Position numbers and translations under genes: made by a program. From positions 1 to 35,914 of IMG/VR virus record IMGVR_UViG_3300043414_000013: 35,914 bases of DNA; one strand, given 5' to 3'. Below are positions 14,622-21,925 of the stretch, one piece after another. Under the pieces are notes generated by a model. That model had not been told where the DNA came from, searched no databases, and saw nothing but the letters and a program-made list of their open reading frames with translations. How positions within the stretch are numbered: the stretch's first letter is position 1; every line of letters begins with the position of its first letter. The stretch is from a virus. Lineage: Duplodnaviria > Caudoviricetes.

Positions 14622-16276
14622 TCTTGCGTGATTACCAAGCTAGGGCAGTCAACGACCTGTTTGGCTGGTGGACAAGACACCAAGACGAGGCTGACATTCC
14701 TCTGTTGGTGCTGCCCACCGCCGCAGGCAAGTCGGTGATCTGCGCTGAAATTGTGCGCCAGATGTGGGAGCAATGGCCTGCCTACCGCCCTCGCACTGTG
14801 GTGCTGGTGCCGTCCAAGGAACTGGCCGAGCAGAACGCCGCCAAGCTGACCGCGCTGTTGCCCGACGACATCCATGTTGGGTTTGTCAGCGCCAGCTTGG
14901 GGAAGAAGCAGCACCATGCCGACGTGATTGTTGCAACCATTGGCAGCATCCATAAGAGCGCCCACCTGCTGGGTGACATCAAGGTGGTGATCATTGACGA
15001 GGCCCATCTTGTCAGCACCAAGGCGTCTGACGCCGGTATGTATCGCACCTTCCTCGCCAAGCTGGCTGAGATCTGCCAGTTTCGCACGGTGGGCATGACG
15101 GCCACACCGTTTCGCGGCAATCAGGTCTGGCTGACCGACGGCGAGGAGCCGCTGTTCACCGGCATTGCGTCCAACGTCACCATGCGTGAGTTGCTTGACC
15201 AAGGGTTCATTGCGCCGCTGGTGCCGCCTCCCGTGCAGATAATGACCAAGATTGACGCTAGTAATGTCGGCATATCTAATGGTGATTACAAGGTCGGTGA
15301 ACTTTCAAATGTGGTGGAAGGCTACTTGTTGCAAGTGGCGCAAGAAGCTGTAGTGTTTGCCCAGCATCGACGCAAATGGATTGCATTTACTCCAAGCGTT
15401 GCCAATGCCGAAAGCCTTGTTAACAAGCTGAACGAGCGAGGCATCGCCAGCGAAGTGGTCTGCGGGGAGACACCGGCACAAGAGCGCGAGCAGCACATCC
15501 GCAACTTCCGGTCTGGTGAGATCCACTGCCTAGTCACCGTGCTGGCGCTGTCTGTTGGCTTTGATGTGCCGGATGTGGACTGCATCATCTGGTGCCGCCC
15601 AACAAAGTCGCCGGTGCTGTACGTCCAAGGCATGGGCCGAGGTTGCCGCATTGCTGACGGCAAAGATGATTGCTTGGTGCTGGACTTTACTGACACCGTG
15701 GAGCGCCTTGGGCCGGTGGACATTATTAAGGGCAGAGCAAAGCGCACCGGAGGGCCACAGGAGGCGCCGTTTAGCATTTGTCCCGAGTGCGGTGACCGCA
15801 ACGCTGCATCAGCACTTGTCTGTGCATCCTGCGGCGCTGTGATCCGCGAAGAAGTGGTCAAGCCACAGGACGCCAAGGTGTCGTATGCCGCGCTGTTGTC
15901 GGCCCAGATGGTGGCGACTGTGACCTGGCACGATGTCAGCCGAGTGGAATACAAACTGCATCAAAAGCAGGGCAAGCCAAATAGCATGAGGGTTGACTAT
16001 TACGACGGCCTGCTGCGCTGCGCTAGTGAATGGATCTGCTTTGACCACACCGGCTACGCACGGCAAAAGGCCGAAGCCTGGTGGCGTGAACGCAACCAAG
16101 GACAAGTTCCTAGAGATGTGGAAGACGCATTAGCCTATCTTGAATACGACACCATTGCAGAACCTAGCCGCATTGCAACCAAGCAAAACGGCAAATTTAC
16201 GGAGATCACACAACATGAATTTAGCTGGGCTTACGGCCATAAAGATGCACTTGCAAAAGCAACTGAACGAGCTTGA
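14618..16276 (+). CDS. Superfamily 2 helicase (RadD/YejH-like) with Zn finger
   Basis: LRDYQ, PTAAGKS, IDEAH, GMTATP, GFDVP, QGMGRG.R, CPEC..CASC. Confidence 0.93.
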   Translation: MILRDYQARAVNDLFGWWTRHQDEADIPLLVLPTAAGKSVICAEIVRQMWEQWPAYRPRTVVLVPSKELAEQNAAKLTALLPDDIHVGFVSASLGKKQHHADVIVATIGSIHKSAHLLGDIKVVIIDEAHLVSTKASDAGMYRTFLAKLAEICQFRTVGMTATPFRGNQVWLTDGEEPLFTGIASNVTMRELLDQGFIAPLVPPPVQIMTKIDASNVGISNGDYKVGELSNVVEGYLLQVAQEAVVFAQHRRKWIAFTPSVANAESLVNKLNERGIASEVVCGETPAQEREQHIRNFRSGEIHCLVTVLALSVGFDVPDVDCIIWCRPTKSPVLYVQGMGRGCRIADGKDDCLVLDFTDTVERLGPVDIIKGRAKRTGGPQEAPFSICPECGDRNAASALVCASCGAVIREEVVKPQDAKVSYAALLSAQMVATVTWHDVSRVEYKLHQKQGKPNSMRVDYYDGLLRCASEWICFDHTGYARQKAEAWWRERNQGQVPRDVEDALAYLEYDTIAEPSRIATKQNGKFTEITQHEFSWAYGHKDALAKATERA

Positions 16277-16418
16277 GTACATCAAAATCAACTGTCTTAC
16301 CTGTGAAAATTTACAGCGTAGAAGTTTCTGTAAAAAGTTTGAGGCCACGCCGCCAGATGACTGGCTGCACAAAAAAGTTGACTGTGAGCACTGGACTTGG
16401 GATACAATCCCCTTCTAG
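16215..16418 (+). CDS. Small 4-Cys protein, 67 aa, ending WDTIPF
   Basis: ATG 16215 after GGAG; CLTC..C...PP...C pattern; overlaps the helicase 3' end. Confidence 0.75.
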   Translation: MNLAGLTAIKMHLQKQLNELEYIKINCLTCENLQRRSFCKKFEATPPDDWLHKKVDCEHWTWDTIPF

Positions 16419-16430
16419 CAATTTGCTAGA
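16414..16430. promoter_or_regulatory. Operator O3 TCTAGCA-ATT-TGCTAGA
   Basis: Arms identical to O2. Lies just downstream of a possible TTGACT-N19-TACAAT promoter (16378-16408). Confidence 0.75.
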
Positions 16431-16742
16431 CAACGTAAAGGAACAAGATGAACCCAAAATCCTTTGATCTAAAAACGTGTAAGAGCCTAGTAGGCGATGA
16501 CTTGGTTCGTATCCTTGAGGCTGATGCTAAAGATGCGGCTGAATCTTTTAGGGATCGTTCTGCGATTTGGCGCGATGTTCCTAGGGAGGGGTTGATCAAA
16601 GAAGCAAAAACGTATTGGGAAACGATTGAGCGTACTGCACAGCTTACCGTTTGGTTTGCAGCACACCAGCAAAGAAAAAGCAAATTAGACCGAATGCCAG
16701 ACAACAGTTATTTTTTATCAACAACGTAAAGGAACAAGATGA
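16430..16742 (+). repeat. 22-bp direct repeat ACAACGTAAAGGAACAAGATGA flanking one gene
   Basis: Exact copies at 16430-16451 and 16721-16742; each contains an RBS and ATG. Confidence 0.92.
16448..16729 (+). CDS. Hypothetical protein, 93 aa (repeat-flanked, AT-richer)
   Basis: AAAGGA RBS; bounded by the 22-bp repeat. Confidence 0.7.
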   Translation: MNPKSFDLKTCKSLVGDDLVRILEADAKDAAESFRDRSAIWRDVPREGLIKEAKTYWETIERTAQLTVWFAAHQQRKSKLDRMPDNSYFLSTT

Positions 16743-16822
16743 TACGCCTGTACTTTTTCTACCGCCGCACTGGCCGCACCGTTGTCCAATCTATTAAATC
16801 TGCTTGGAAGGCTCGGAAATGA
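16739..16822 (+). CDS. Basic peptide, 27 aa (MIRLYFFYRRTGRTVVQSIKSAWKARK)
   Basis: Starts inside the second repeat copy; ATGA overlap with the next gene. Confidence 0.6.
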   Translation: MIRLYFFYRRTGRTVVQSIKSAWKARK

Positions 16823-17001
16823 CCTCGCAAGAAATCTATGAGGCAGGGTACGCACTCCCTATCTATAACATTTCCCGCACTGAGCGATGGTGGCGTTACA
16901 AAGACAAGGTGTTTTCAACACCAATAGATGTAGAGACAAAAGAAATACAGGGATTAAAAGTTCTTGAGGAGAAACACTATGACATGCAATCAAAATTGTG
17001 A
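16819..17001 (+). CDS. Hypothetical protein, 60 aa (MTSQEIYEAG...)
   Basis: Coupled start at 16819. Confidence 0.65.
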   Translation: MTSQEIYEAGYALPIYNISRTERWWRYKDKVFSTPIDVETKEIQGLKVLEEKHYDMQSKL

Positions 17002-17143
17002 GCAAGGCAGGCGTTGTACCTGCGGCTTGAAGGAGCGTGACTTGTTCTGGGACGTGATGGAGGGGTTTGTTACCCTGTCCGTTCTCATTGGAATCATTGC
17101 CAGCGTGTGCTTTATGTTTGGCTATTACTGGTACACGCCATGA
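16979..17143 (+). CDS. Cys-rich N-terminus + TM peptide, 54 aa (MTCNQNCEQGRRCTC...)
   Basis: GAGGAG RBS; CxxxCxQGRxC motif followed by one TM helix; ATGA overlap. Confidence 0.7.
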   Translation: MTCNQNCEQGRRCTCGLKERDLFWDVMEGFVTLSVLIGIIASVCFMFGYYWYTP

Positions 17144-17385
17144 CCTCAAAATGGCCCGTTACCATCCGACAAATATTGCGTAGCGAGGAAGATGGCTGCA
17201 CCATTGCCGAGCTTGCCGACCGCCTAGGCGCGCCGAAGATGTCCGTTGCGGCTGCATTAGAGCGTATGCCTGACACCTATGTTGACAGGTGGACTGAAGC
17301 AGGCCAGCAGCGACCCTACGAAGCCATCTGGTGCGTTGTTGTCCCCCCTGAAAATTGCCCTAAACCTGAGAGGAAAATCAAATGA
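17140..17385 (+). CDS. Winged-HTH-like protein, 81 aa
   Basis: IRQIL...DG.TIAELADRLG......AL..MPDTYVDRW...AIWCVV.PPENCP. Confidence 0.75.
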   Translation: MTSKWPVTIRQILRSEEDGCTIAELADRLGAPKMSVAAALERMPDTYVDRWTEAGQQRPYEAIWCVVVPPENCPKPERKIK

Positions 17386-17852
17386 AAGAAGCATTGAAGC
17401 TGGCGCTTGAGGCGCTGGAATCCATTGCAATGATTGGAGTTGGGGAGGGAGAGGTATGCGAATTTCTTGCAAAACGCGCTCAACAAGCCCTTGCCTCCGT
17501 TGATGAAGCCTTGGCACAGCCAGCGCAGGAGCCGGTGGCGTGGGGCTTTAGACACCATGATGGCGCAATCTACGATTGCATATCTCCCGAAGCACACGCT
17601 GACTGTGAAGGCGAATACACAGTTCCCCTCTACGCCACCCCACCCGCAGCACAGCCACCCCTGCCAGTGCAGCCAGCGCAGGAGCCGGACGAGCTAACCA
17701 TTGCCTACATGAACGGGCTTTACGACGGAAAGAAAAAGCGCCCGTGGGTAGGGCTGACGGAGGAGGAGCGCAGAACTGTGCTTTTTAAGTCTGACACCGC
17801 TGAAGAAGTTGCCATTGGTATTGAAGCCAAACTCAAGGAGAAGAACACATGA
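17382..17852 (+). CDS. Modular accessory protein (EALKLALEALE / AQPAQEPVAW / PLY..PP / PWVGLT / EAKLKEKNT)
   Basis: 156 aa with an internal 19-bp direct repeat CAGCCAGCGCAGGAGCCGG at 17517-17535 and 17670-17688. Confidence 0.8.
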   Translation: MKEALKLALEALESIAMIGVGEGEVCEFLAKRAQQALASVDEALAQPAQEPVAWGFRHHDGAIYDCISPEAHADCEGEYTVPLYATPPAAQPPLPVQPAQEPDELTIAYMNGLYDGKKKRPWVGLTEEERRTVLFKSDTAEEVAIGIEAKLKEKNT

Positions 17853-18028
17853 GGCTAGCCCTCCTTTGTTTGCTTCTATCGGGTTGCGGCCCTAGCTGTC
17901 AAGAGCAGGGCGGGACGCTAATTCAAGATGGTTATTACTACGTATGGCAATGGATTGATGTAACCAAAGGCATTGGTTATATGCAACCACACCCAAATTA
18001 TGTTTGTATCAAGGAGAAGAACACATGA
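17833..18028 (+). repeat. 20-bp direct repeat TCAAGGAGAAGAACACATGA flanking the lipoprotein gene
   Basis: Exact copies at 17833-17852 and 18009-18028; degenerate copy at ~18210-18228. Confidence 0.92.
17849..18028 (+). CDS. Small lipoprotein, 59 aa (MRLALLCLLLSG-CGPSCQEQGG...VCIKEKNT)
   Basis: Translated by hand; AAGGAG RBS; signal peptide with LSGC lipobox. Confidence 0.8.
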   Translation: MRLALLCLLLSGCGPSCQEQGGTLIQDGYYYVWQWIDVTKGIGYMQPHPNYVCIKEKNT

Positions 18029-18228
18029 ACCACCGTCCAATTGAATCAGACTACAAAAGCCAAGCAGCGTACGTCCGTGCGCTTGAAGCATATTGCGATA
18101 GGCTAGAACAGCCACGCCATTGGGTTGGCTTATGCTGGGAAGATTTGACAGATGATCTTGTCAGGAGTAAATTTTTTAGACAAGGCGCTGCATGGGCAGA
18201 GGCCAAGCTGAAAGGTAGGAACACTTGA
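18025..18228 (+). CDS. Modular accessory protein, 67 aa (..YVRALEAYCD..WVGL..EAKLKGRNT)
   Basis: Starts in the second 20-bp repeat; shares WVGL and EAKLK..NT modules with 17382..17852. Confidence 0.75.
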   Translation: MNHRPIESDYKSQAAYVRALEAYCDRLEQPRHWVGLCWEDLTDDLVRSKFFRQGAAWAEAKLKGRNT

Positions 18229-18443
18229 GCGACATACCTAACTTTGCCGCTTGGAGCAACGAGAACTTAGCCAAGTTTGCCAAGGATGCCTACTTGCGTA
18301 TGCAGGCCCAGCAAGAGGCCATTGAGCAGCTTCAGGGCGACTTTAAAGACGCTATGGTCGAGTTACGCAAGTTGACTGGCGGCAGATTGGACATGGGCCA
18401 CTCGGTTGCCCCAACCTTTGCCAAACGTGGGCCAAGTCGGTAG
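18225..18443 (+). CDS. Hypothetical coiled-coil protein (PNFAAWSNENLAKFA)
   Basis: TTG start coupled to the upstream stop; 3' end overlaps the endolysin gene on the opposite strand. Confidence 0.65.
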   Translation: MSDIPNFAAWSNENLAKFAKDAYLRMQAQQEAIEQLQGDFKDAMVELRKLTGGRLDMGHSVAPTFAKRGPSR

Positions 18444-18872
18444 CGACTCAAGAAACTGAAGTCTGGTGTCGTTGTATTTAGCAATTAGAGCCTGCACCGG
18501 CTGCGCTGCTACGGCGGCAAGTGTTGCTGGCCCGATAGACCCATCATCTTTAACGCCTACGGTTTGTTGTAGCCACTTGGCAGCGCGGCCTGGCCCGCTG
18601 TTGATGGCAGCATCGAACACAGCGTAGTCCAGCCCCTTGGGCAGTTGGTCGCCAACAACCTTGTCCCAATACTTGCGCCGGTACAGCGGAGCCACCATTT
18701 CAGGGGTCAGGGCGCGCATGTCAGCCTCGGATACCGGGTGGCCCACAAACTCTTCCCAGACAACCTTGGTGCAGCCTAAGTTGGTCATGCCGCCAGGGTC
18801 TTTTGGATGATTTACAAAGCCGCCCTCAGAGGCCAGCACACGGGCCAAGCAATCTTCAAAATTTGATTTCAC
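18363..18872 (-). CDS. Endolysin, glycoside hydrolase family 108 with C-terminal peptidoglycan-binding domain
   Basis: EGGFVNHPKDPGGMTNLG, FDAAINSG, LQ..VGV..DG.IGP.TL, FGKGW.NRV. Confidence 0.93.
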   Translation of the reverse strand: MKSNFEDCLARVLASEGGFVNHPKDPGGMTNLGCTKVVWEEFVGHPVSEADMRALTPEMVAPLYRRKYWDKVVGDQLPKGLDYAVFDAAINSGPGRAAKWLQQTVGVKDDGSIGPATLAAVAAQPVQALIAKYNDTRLQFLESLPTWPTFGKGWGNRVAHVQSAASQLA

Positions 18873-19363
18873 TTCAAACCACCTTTCATGGCGTCAGTCT
18901 TGTCTTTGCTGGACTTGCTGGAGCCGTAGAAAAAGCTGATGATTGTAGCCACCGCAGTGCCTAGTAAGAAGCCAAGGATAATGTTGCCAAAGTCTTTGCC
19001 ACTAGGCGGCACTGTGCCAAACGTGATGGCAAAGAAGTAGGACATCGAACCTACGCTCCAGAACCAGGCAAACCAGTAGATGAAGTGCTTGGCAAACTTG
19101 TCTTCTTGTTGCAAGGCAACTTCTTGCATGTGCCGTGCGCTGTCACGATCAGCGTTCTCCAGTTCAAACTGGCGCAGGTCTAGTTCAGCCAGCTTGGCCG
19201 CCGCCTCTGGGTCGCCAGCGATGGCTTTAGCCACAGCCTCCACAGAATCCTCAACGCCAAATTTACTAGCGATAGTAGAAATAGCGAGGCCACCCAGAGG
19301 GCCGCTAACGGCAGTAGCAACAGCAGGGGCAATGCCCTTGAGTAGATTGAGTAGAGTTTCCAC
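18869..19363 (-). CDS. Probable holin
   Basis: Amphipathic N-terminus, DRDSAR, two C-terminal TM helices, FFYGSS..S..K; directly upstream of the endolysin. Confidence 0.7.
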   Translation of the reverse strand: METLLNLLKGIAPAVATAVSGPLGGLAISTIASKFGVEDSVEAVAKAIAGDPEAAAKLAELDLRQFELENADRDSARHMQEVALQQEDKFAKHFIYWFAWFWSVGSMSYFFAITFGTVPPSGKDFGNIILGFLLGTAVATIISFFYGSSKSSKDKTDAMKGGLK

Positions 19364-19364
19364 A

Positions 19365-19847
19365 TTATTTCCTCATAAATGCAACATATTCCGCAGTGCC
19401 CCATGCGACAAAGGTAAGCACCAAAGCCACAAGCGCAATCAACAGCACCATCTCAATGCTTTCTTCAACCTCTTTCTTGCGCTTTGCCTTGGCCTTGTCC
19501 ATTGCTATTTCCTCGGCTTTGCGTTTGGCGACAAGGGAATTGCGCTCAATCATTATGGCCTGCCAGACATCAGCTTGGCCTGACCAAATCAACATCTGCT
19601 TCAACTCATTCTCAGCGTCCTGCAACTGCTTGGCGTGAATGACTGTCTCAAATGCCTGCGCTGTATCCGACTTAGCAAAGGTGGTTTTCTTGGGCTGGGC
19701 TGCTGCCTTGGAGACAACATCCTTGGCCTCAAAGAACTTCATCAGGTCGCCACTTATGGCCCCGATGTCTTTGCCCATCTTGATGGCGGCTTGGACTCCT
19801 TTAATCGCAGCCTGGGCGGTGGCGAAGGCTGTGATGGGGTCAATCAT
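19365..19847 (-). CDS. Hypothetical coiled-coil protein with C-terminal TM
   Basis: MIDPITAFA..; charged helix followed by a hydrophobic stretch; in the lysis region. Confidence 0.75.
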   Translation of the reverse strand: MIDPITAFATAQAAIKGVQAAIKMGKDIGAISGDLMKFFEAKDVVSKAAAQPKKTTFAKSDTAQAFETVIHAKQLQDAENELKQMLIWSGQADVWQAIMIERNSLVAKRKAEEIAMDKAKAKRKKEVEESIEMVLLIALVALVLTFVAWGTAEYVAFMRK

Positions 19848-19849
19848 GG

Positions 19850-20065
19850 TTACAAATTCAGAAGTTTCTTAACAAATTCAGCGGCGACACCAGGGCCAAG
19901 CAGCACAACACCAAGAAGCACATAAAGCAGATACTCAATCTTGGTCATGCGCTTAGAGCCATCATCAAACCGTGCTTGAATGCTCTCGTAGCGCTGGGCG
20001 CAAATGGCCTCATGGACGCTTAAACGCTTGTCAGTTTCGGTGGCAAGTTCTTGTATCTGTTCCAT
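19850..20065 (-). CDS. Small coiled-coil + TM protein (LSVHEAICAQRY)
   Basis: 71 aa with a C-terminal hydrophobic helix. Confidence 0.75.
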   Translation of the reverse strand: MEQIQELATETDKRLSVHEAICAQRYESIQARFDDGSKRMTKIEYLLYVLLGVVLLGPGVAAEFVKKLLNL

Positions 20066-20094
20066 GATGTTCTATTGAGTTTTGATTGCTCCAA

Positions 20095-21924
20095 TTATGG
20101 CGCAAGTGCGTTGGTTTTTTTACCAGCAGGAGCAAGTGCGTTAAAATTGACAGACTCAGCAACTTTCTTTTTTAGTGCAATGTTTTGAGCCACTTCAGCA
20201 GCCGTAGACGCACCGGGGAACCGGATTGCAGCCAAGGCATCAAGACCGCGAAGCACAACATTGCCGGTGTTGGAATAATTAACTGCCCGAGGGTCTTTGA
20301 CTAGCGCATCTTGCACCGTTGCCTTCAGATCCATCAAAGTGTCGCGGCCAGTTTTGCCAAACATGTAGTCCAACTTGCCCTCACGATCCAAGGCATCAAT
20401 AGATGTCTTTAGCTTGGCAAACGACAGTTGACCGCTAGAATTTTTGGTCAGTTGATCCTTCAAGTGTTGGATAGTCTGGCCTTGCAGTTCTTTATAGGCT
20501 TGCTGACCTTCTGGGCCAGCGTTCTTATTTTTAAGCAGCTTGGTGACAGTTCGCATTTCTTCCAAACTGCCATCCAAAACAACGTGCTTAAACACATCAT
20601 CCAAAGCCACGGCGCGGTCAGCATAATTGCCTTTGGTGTCAAGCAATTTGGCAACACGGTAGTTGTTATCAAAATCATTTGATAGTTCTCTACGCGCTGT
20701 ACGAGCTTGACGGTACAGATCACCGCCAGCGCCATTAGTTGCATCATCAATCAAACGCTTTAAGTCTTTCCCAAAGGTGGCGTTTGGAGTGCCTGGCTGA
20801 GACTTCTTACCAATGTTCTGGTAGATGTCTTCCAACGCACGAACTGAAATAGTGCCAACGCTGGTAGGATCATTTAGCTTCAACTGTTCAAATGTATCTT
20901 GCAAAATAGGAGCTAATGAAATCTTGGTAGTCGGCGTCTGCTTGTTGATGTAGTCAACAAGATTGTTGTACGGCACCTGCTCCAAAGTTTCCCCAGCATT
21001 GTCTGCTTTAAAGTATTTAGCCTTGTAGGCATCAAACTTTTTGGTGTACTCATTCACCAAAGCCTTGTCAACAATGATACCTATTTGCCTAGCATTTGCT
21101 GGATCTGCAAACTCAGCGCCAGTCTGACCGGCCAACCTTTCAAACTGGTCAACAATGGCTTTCTTCTGAGTTTCCTTCAACTCAATCAATGGCTTGCCAA
21201 GTTCTGGGTTTCGCTTAACAATGTCAGACTCAAACTGTTGCAAGCCAAGTTCAGGCATCTGCTCACCCTTGGTAAGAGGTATGCCCAGACGCTGCGCTCG
21301 TTCTTGGCGTACTGTAGCGGCTGCTGTCTCTGCCGCACCCATGCCAGGCATGACCGGCGCTGGTGTACGTTGCATGGCCGCAGTCAATGCGTTTGTTGCG
21401 GGCATAGCTGCCTGCCTCAAGATAGGACGCAGTTGATTCACAGCAGGGCCAGACAAAGTGCTAAGTGCAGTACCTGCGCTAGTCAACGGCGTTGGCGGTA
21501 TTGCACCTAAAAAGTCAGCCGCTTTTCCAACCAACTCAGGGCCGGTTTGAGTTCGCGGTTGATAGGTCACGCTTTGTTCAGCGCGCTGGCCCATCTCACG
21601 GCCTTGTGGCGTACCTTGACCACCATATGCCTCACCATACATTCGAGCAATCGGCCTGATTATTGCGCCGCCAAGGTTGGCAGCAACAATTGCTGGTGCT
21701 TCCACCACGCCCATAATTTTGTCACGCAATGATGGTTCTTCAGCTTTCGGGCCACCCGTAATGCTGCCAGGAATCATGCTGGCACCAGTCAAGTTGATTG
21801 ACTTGTAAAAGTCCATCTTCGGCATGTCCGAATAGAACTTTTGGTGCAACGCATCAGCCAATTGCACATCAGGAATATCCGCGTATTGCGGATACTGTTG
21901 GCGAATTTCAGCGATTGATGCCAT
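20095..21924 (-). CDS. Ejection / DNA transfer protein (P22 gp16 position), 609 aa
   Basis: Start reassigned to ATG 21924 (MASIAEIRQQYPQY.D..D.QLADALH.KFYSD); helical, Ala/Gly-rich; synteny. Confidence 0.7.
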   Translation of the reverse strand: MASIAEIRQQYPQYADIPDVQLADALHQKFYSDMPKMDFYKSINLTGASMIPGSITGGPKAEEPSLRDKIMGVVEAPAIVAANLGGAIIRPIARMYGEAYGGQGTPQGREMGQRAEQSVTYQPRTQTGPELVGKAADFLGAIPPTPLTSAGTALSTLSGPAVNQLRPILRQAAMPATNALTAAMQRTPAPVMPGMGAAETAAATVRQERAQRLGIPLTKGEQMPELGLQQFESDIVKRNPELGKPLIELKETQKKAIVDQFERLAGQTGAEFADPANARQIGIIVDKALVNEYTKKFDAYKAKYFKADNAGETLEQVPYNNLVDYINKQTPTTKISLAPILQDTFEQLKLNDPTSVGTISVRALEDIYQNIGKKSQPGTPNATFGKDLKRLIDDATNGAGGDLYRQARTARRELSNDFDNNYRVAKLLDTKGNYADRAVALDDVFKHVVLDGSLEEMRTVTKLLKNKNAGPEGQQAYKELQGQTIQHLKDQLTKNSSGQLSFAKLKTSIDALDREGKLDYMFGKTGRDTLMDLKATVQDALVKDPRAVNYSNTGNVVLRGLDALAAIRFPGASTAAEVAQNIALKKKVAESVNFNALAPAGKKTNALAP

Positions 21925-21925
21925 A

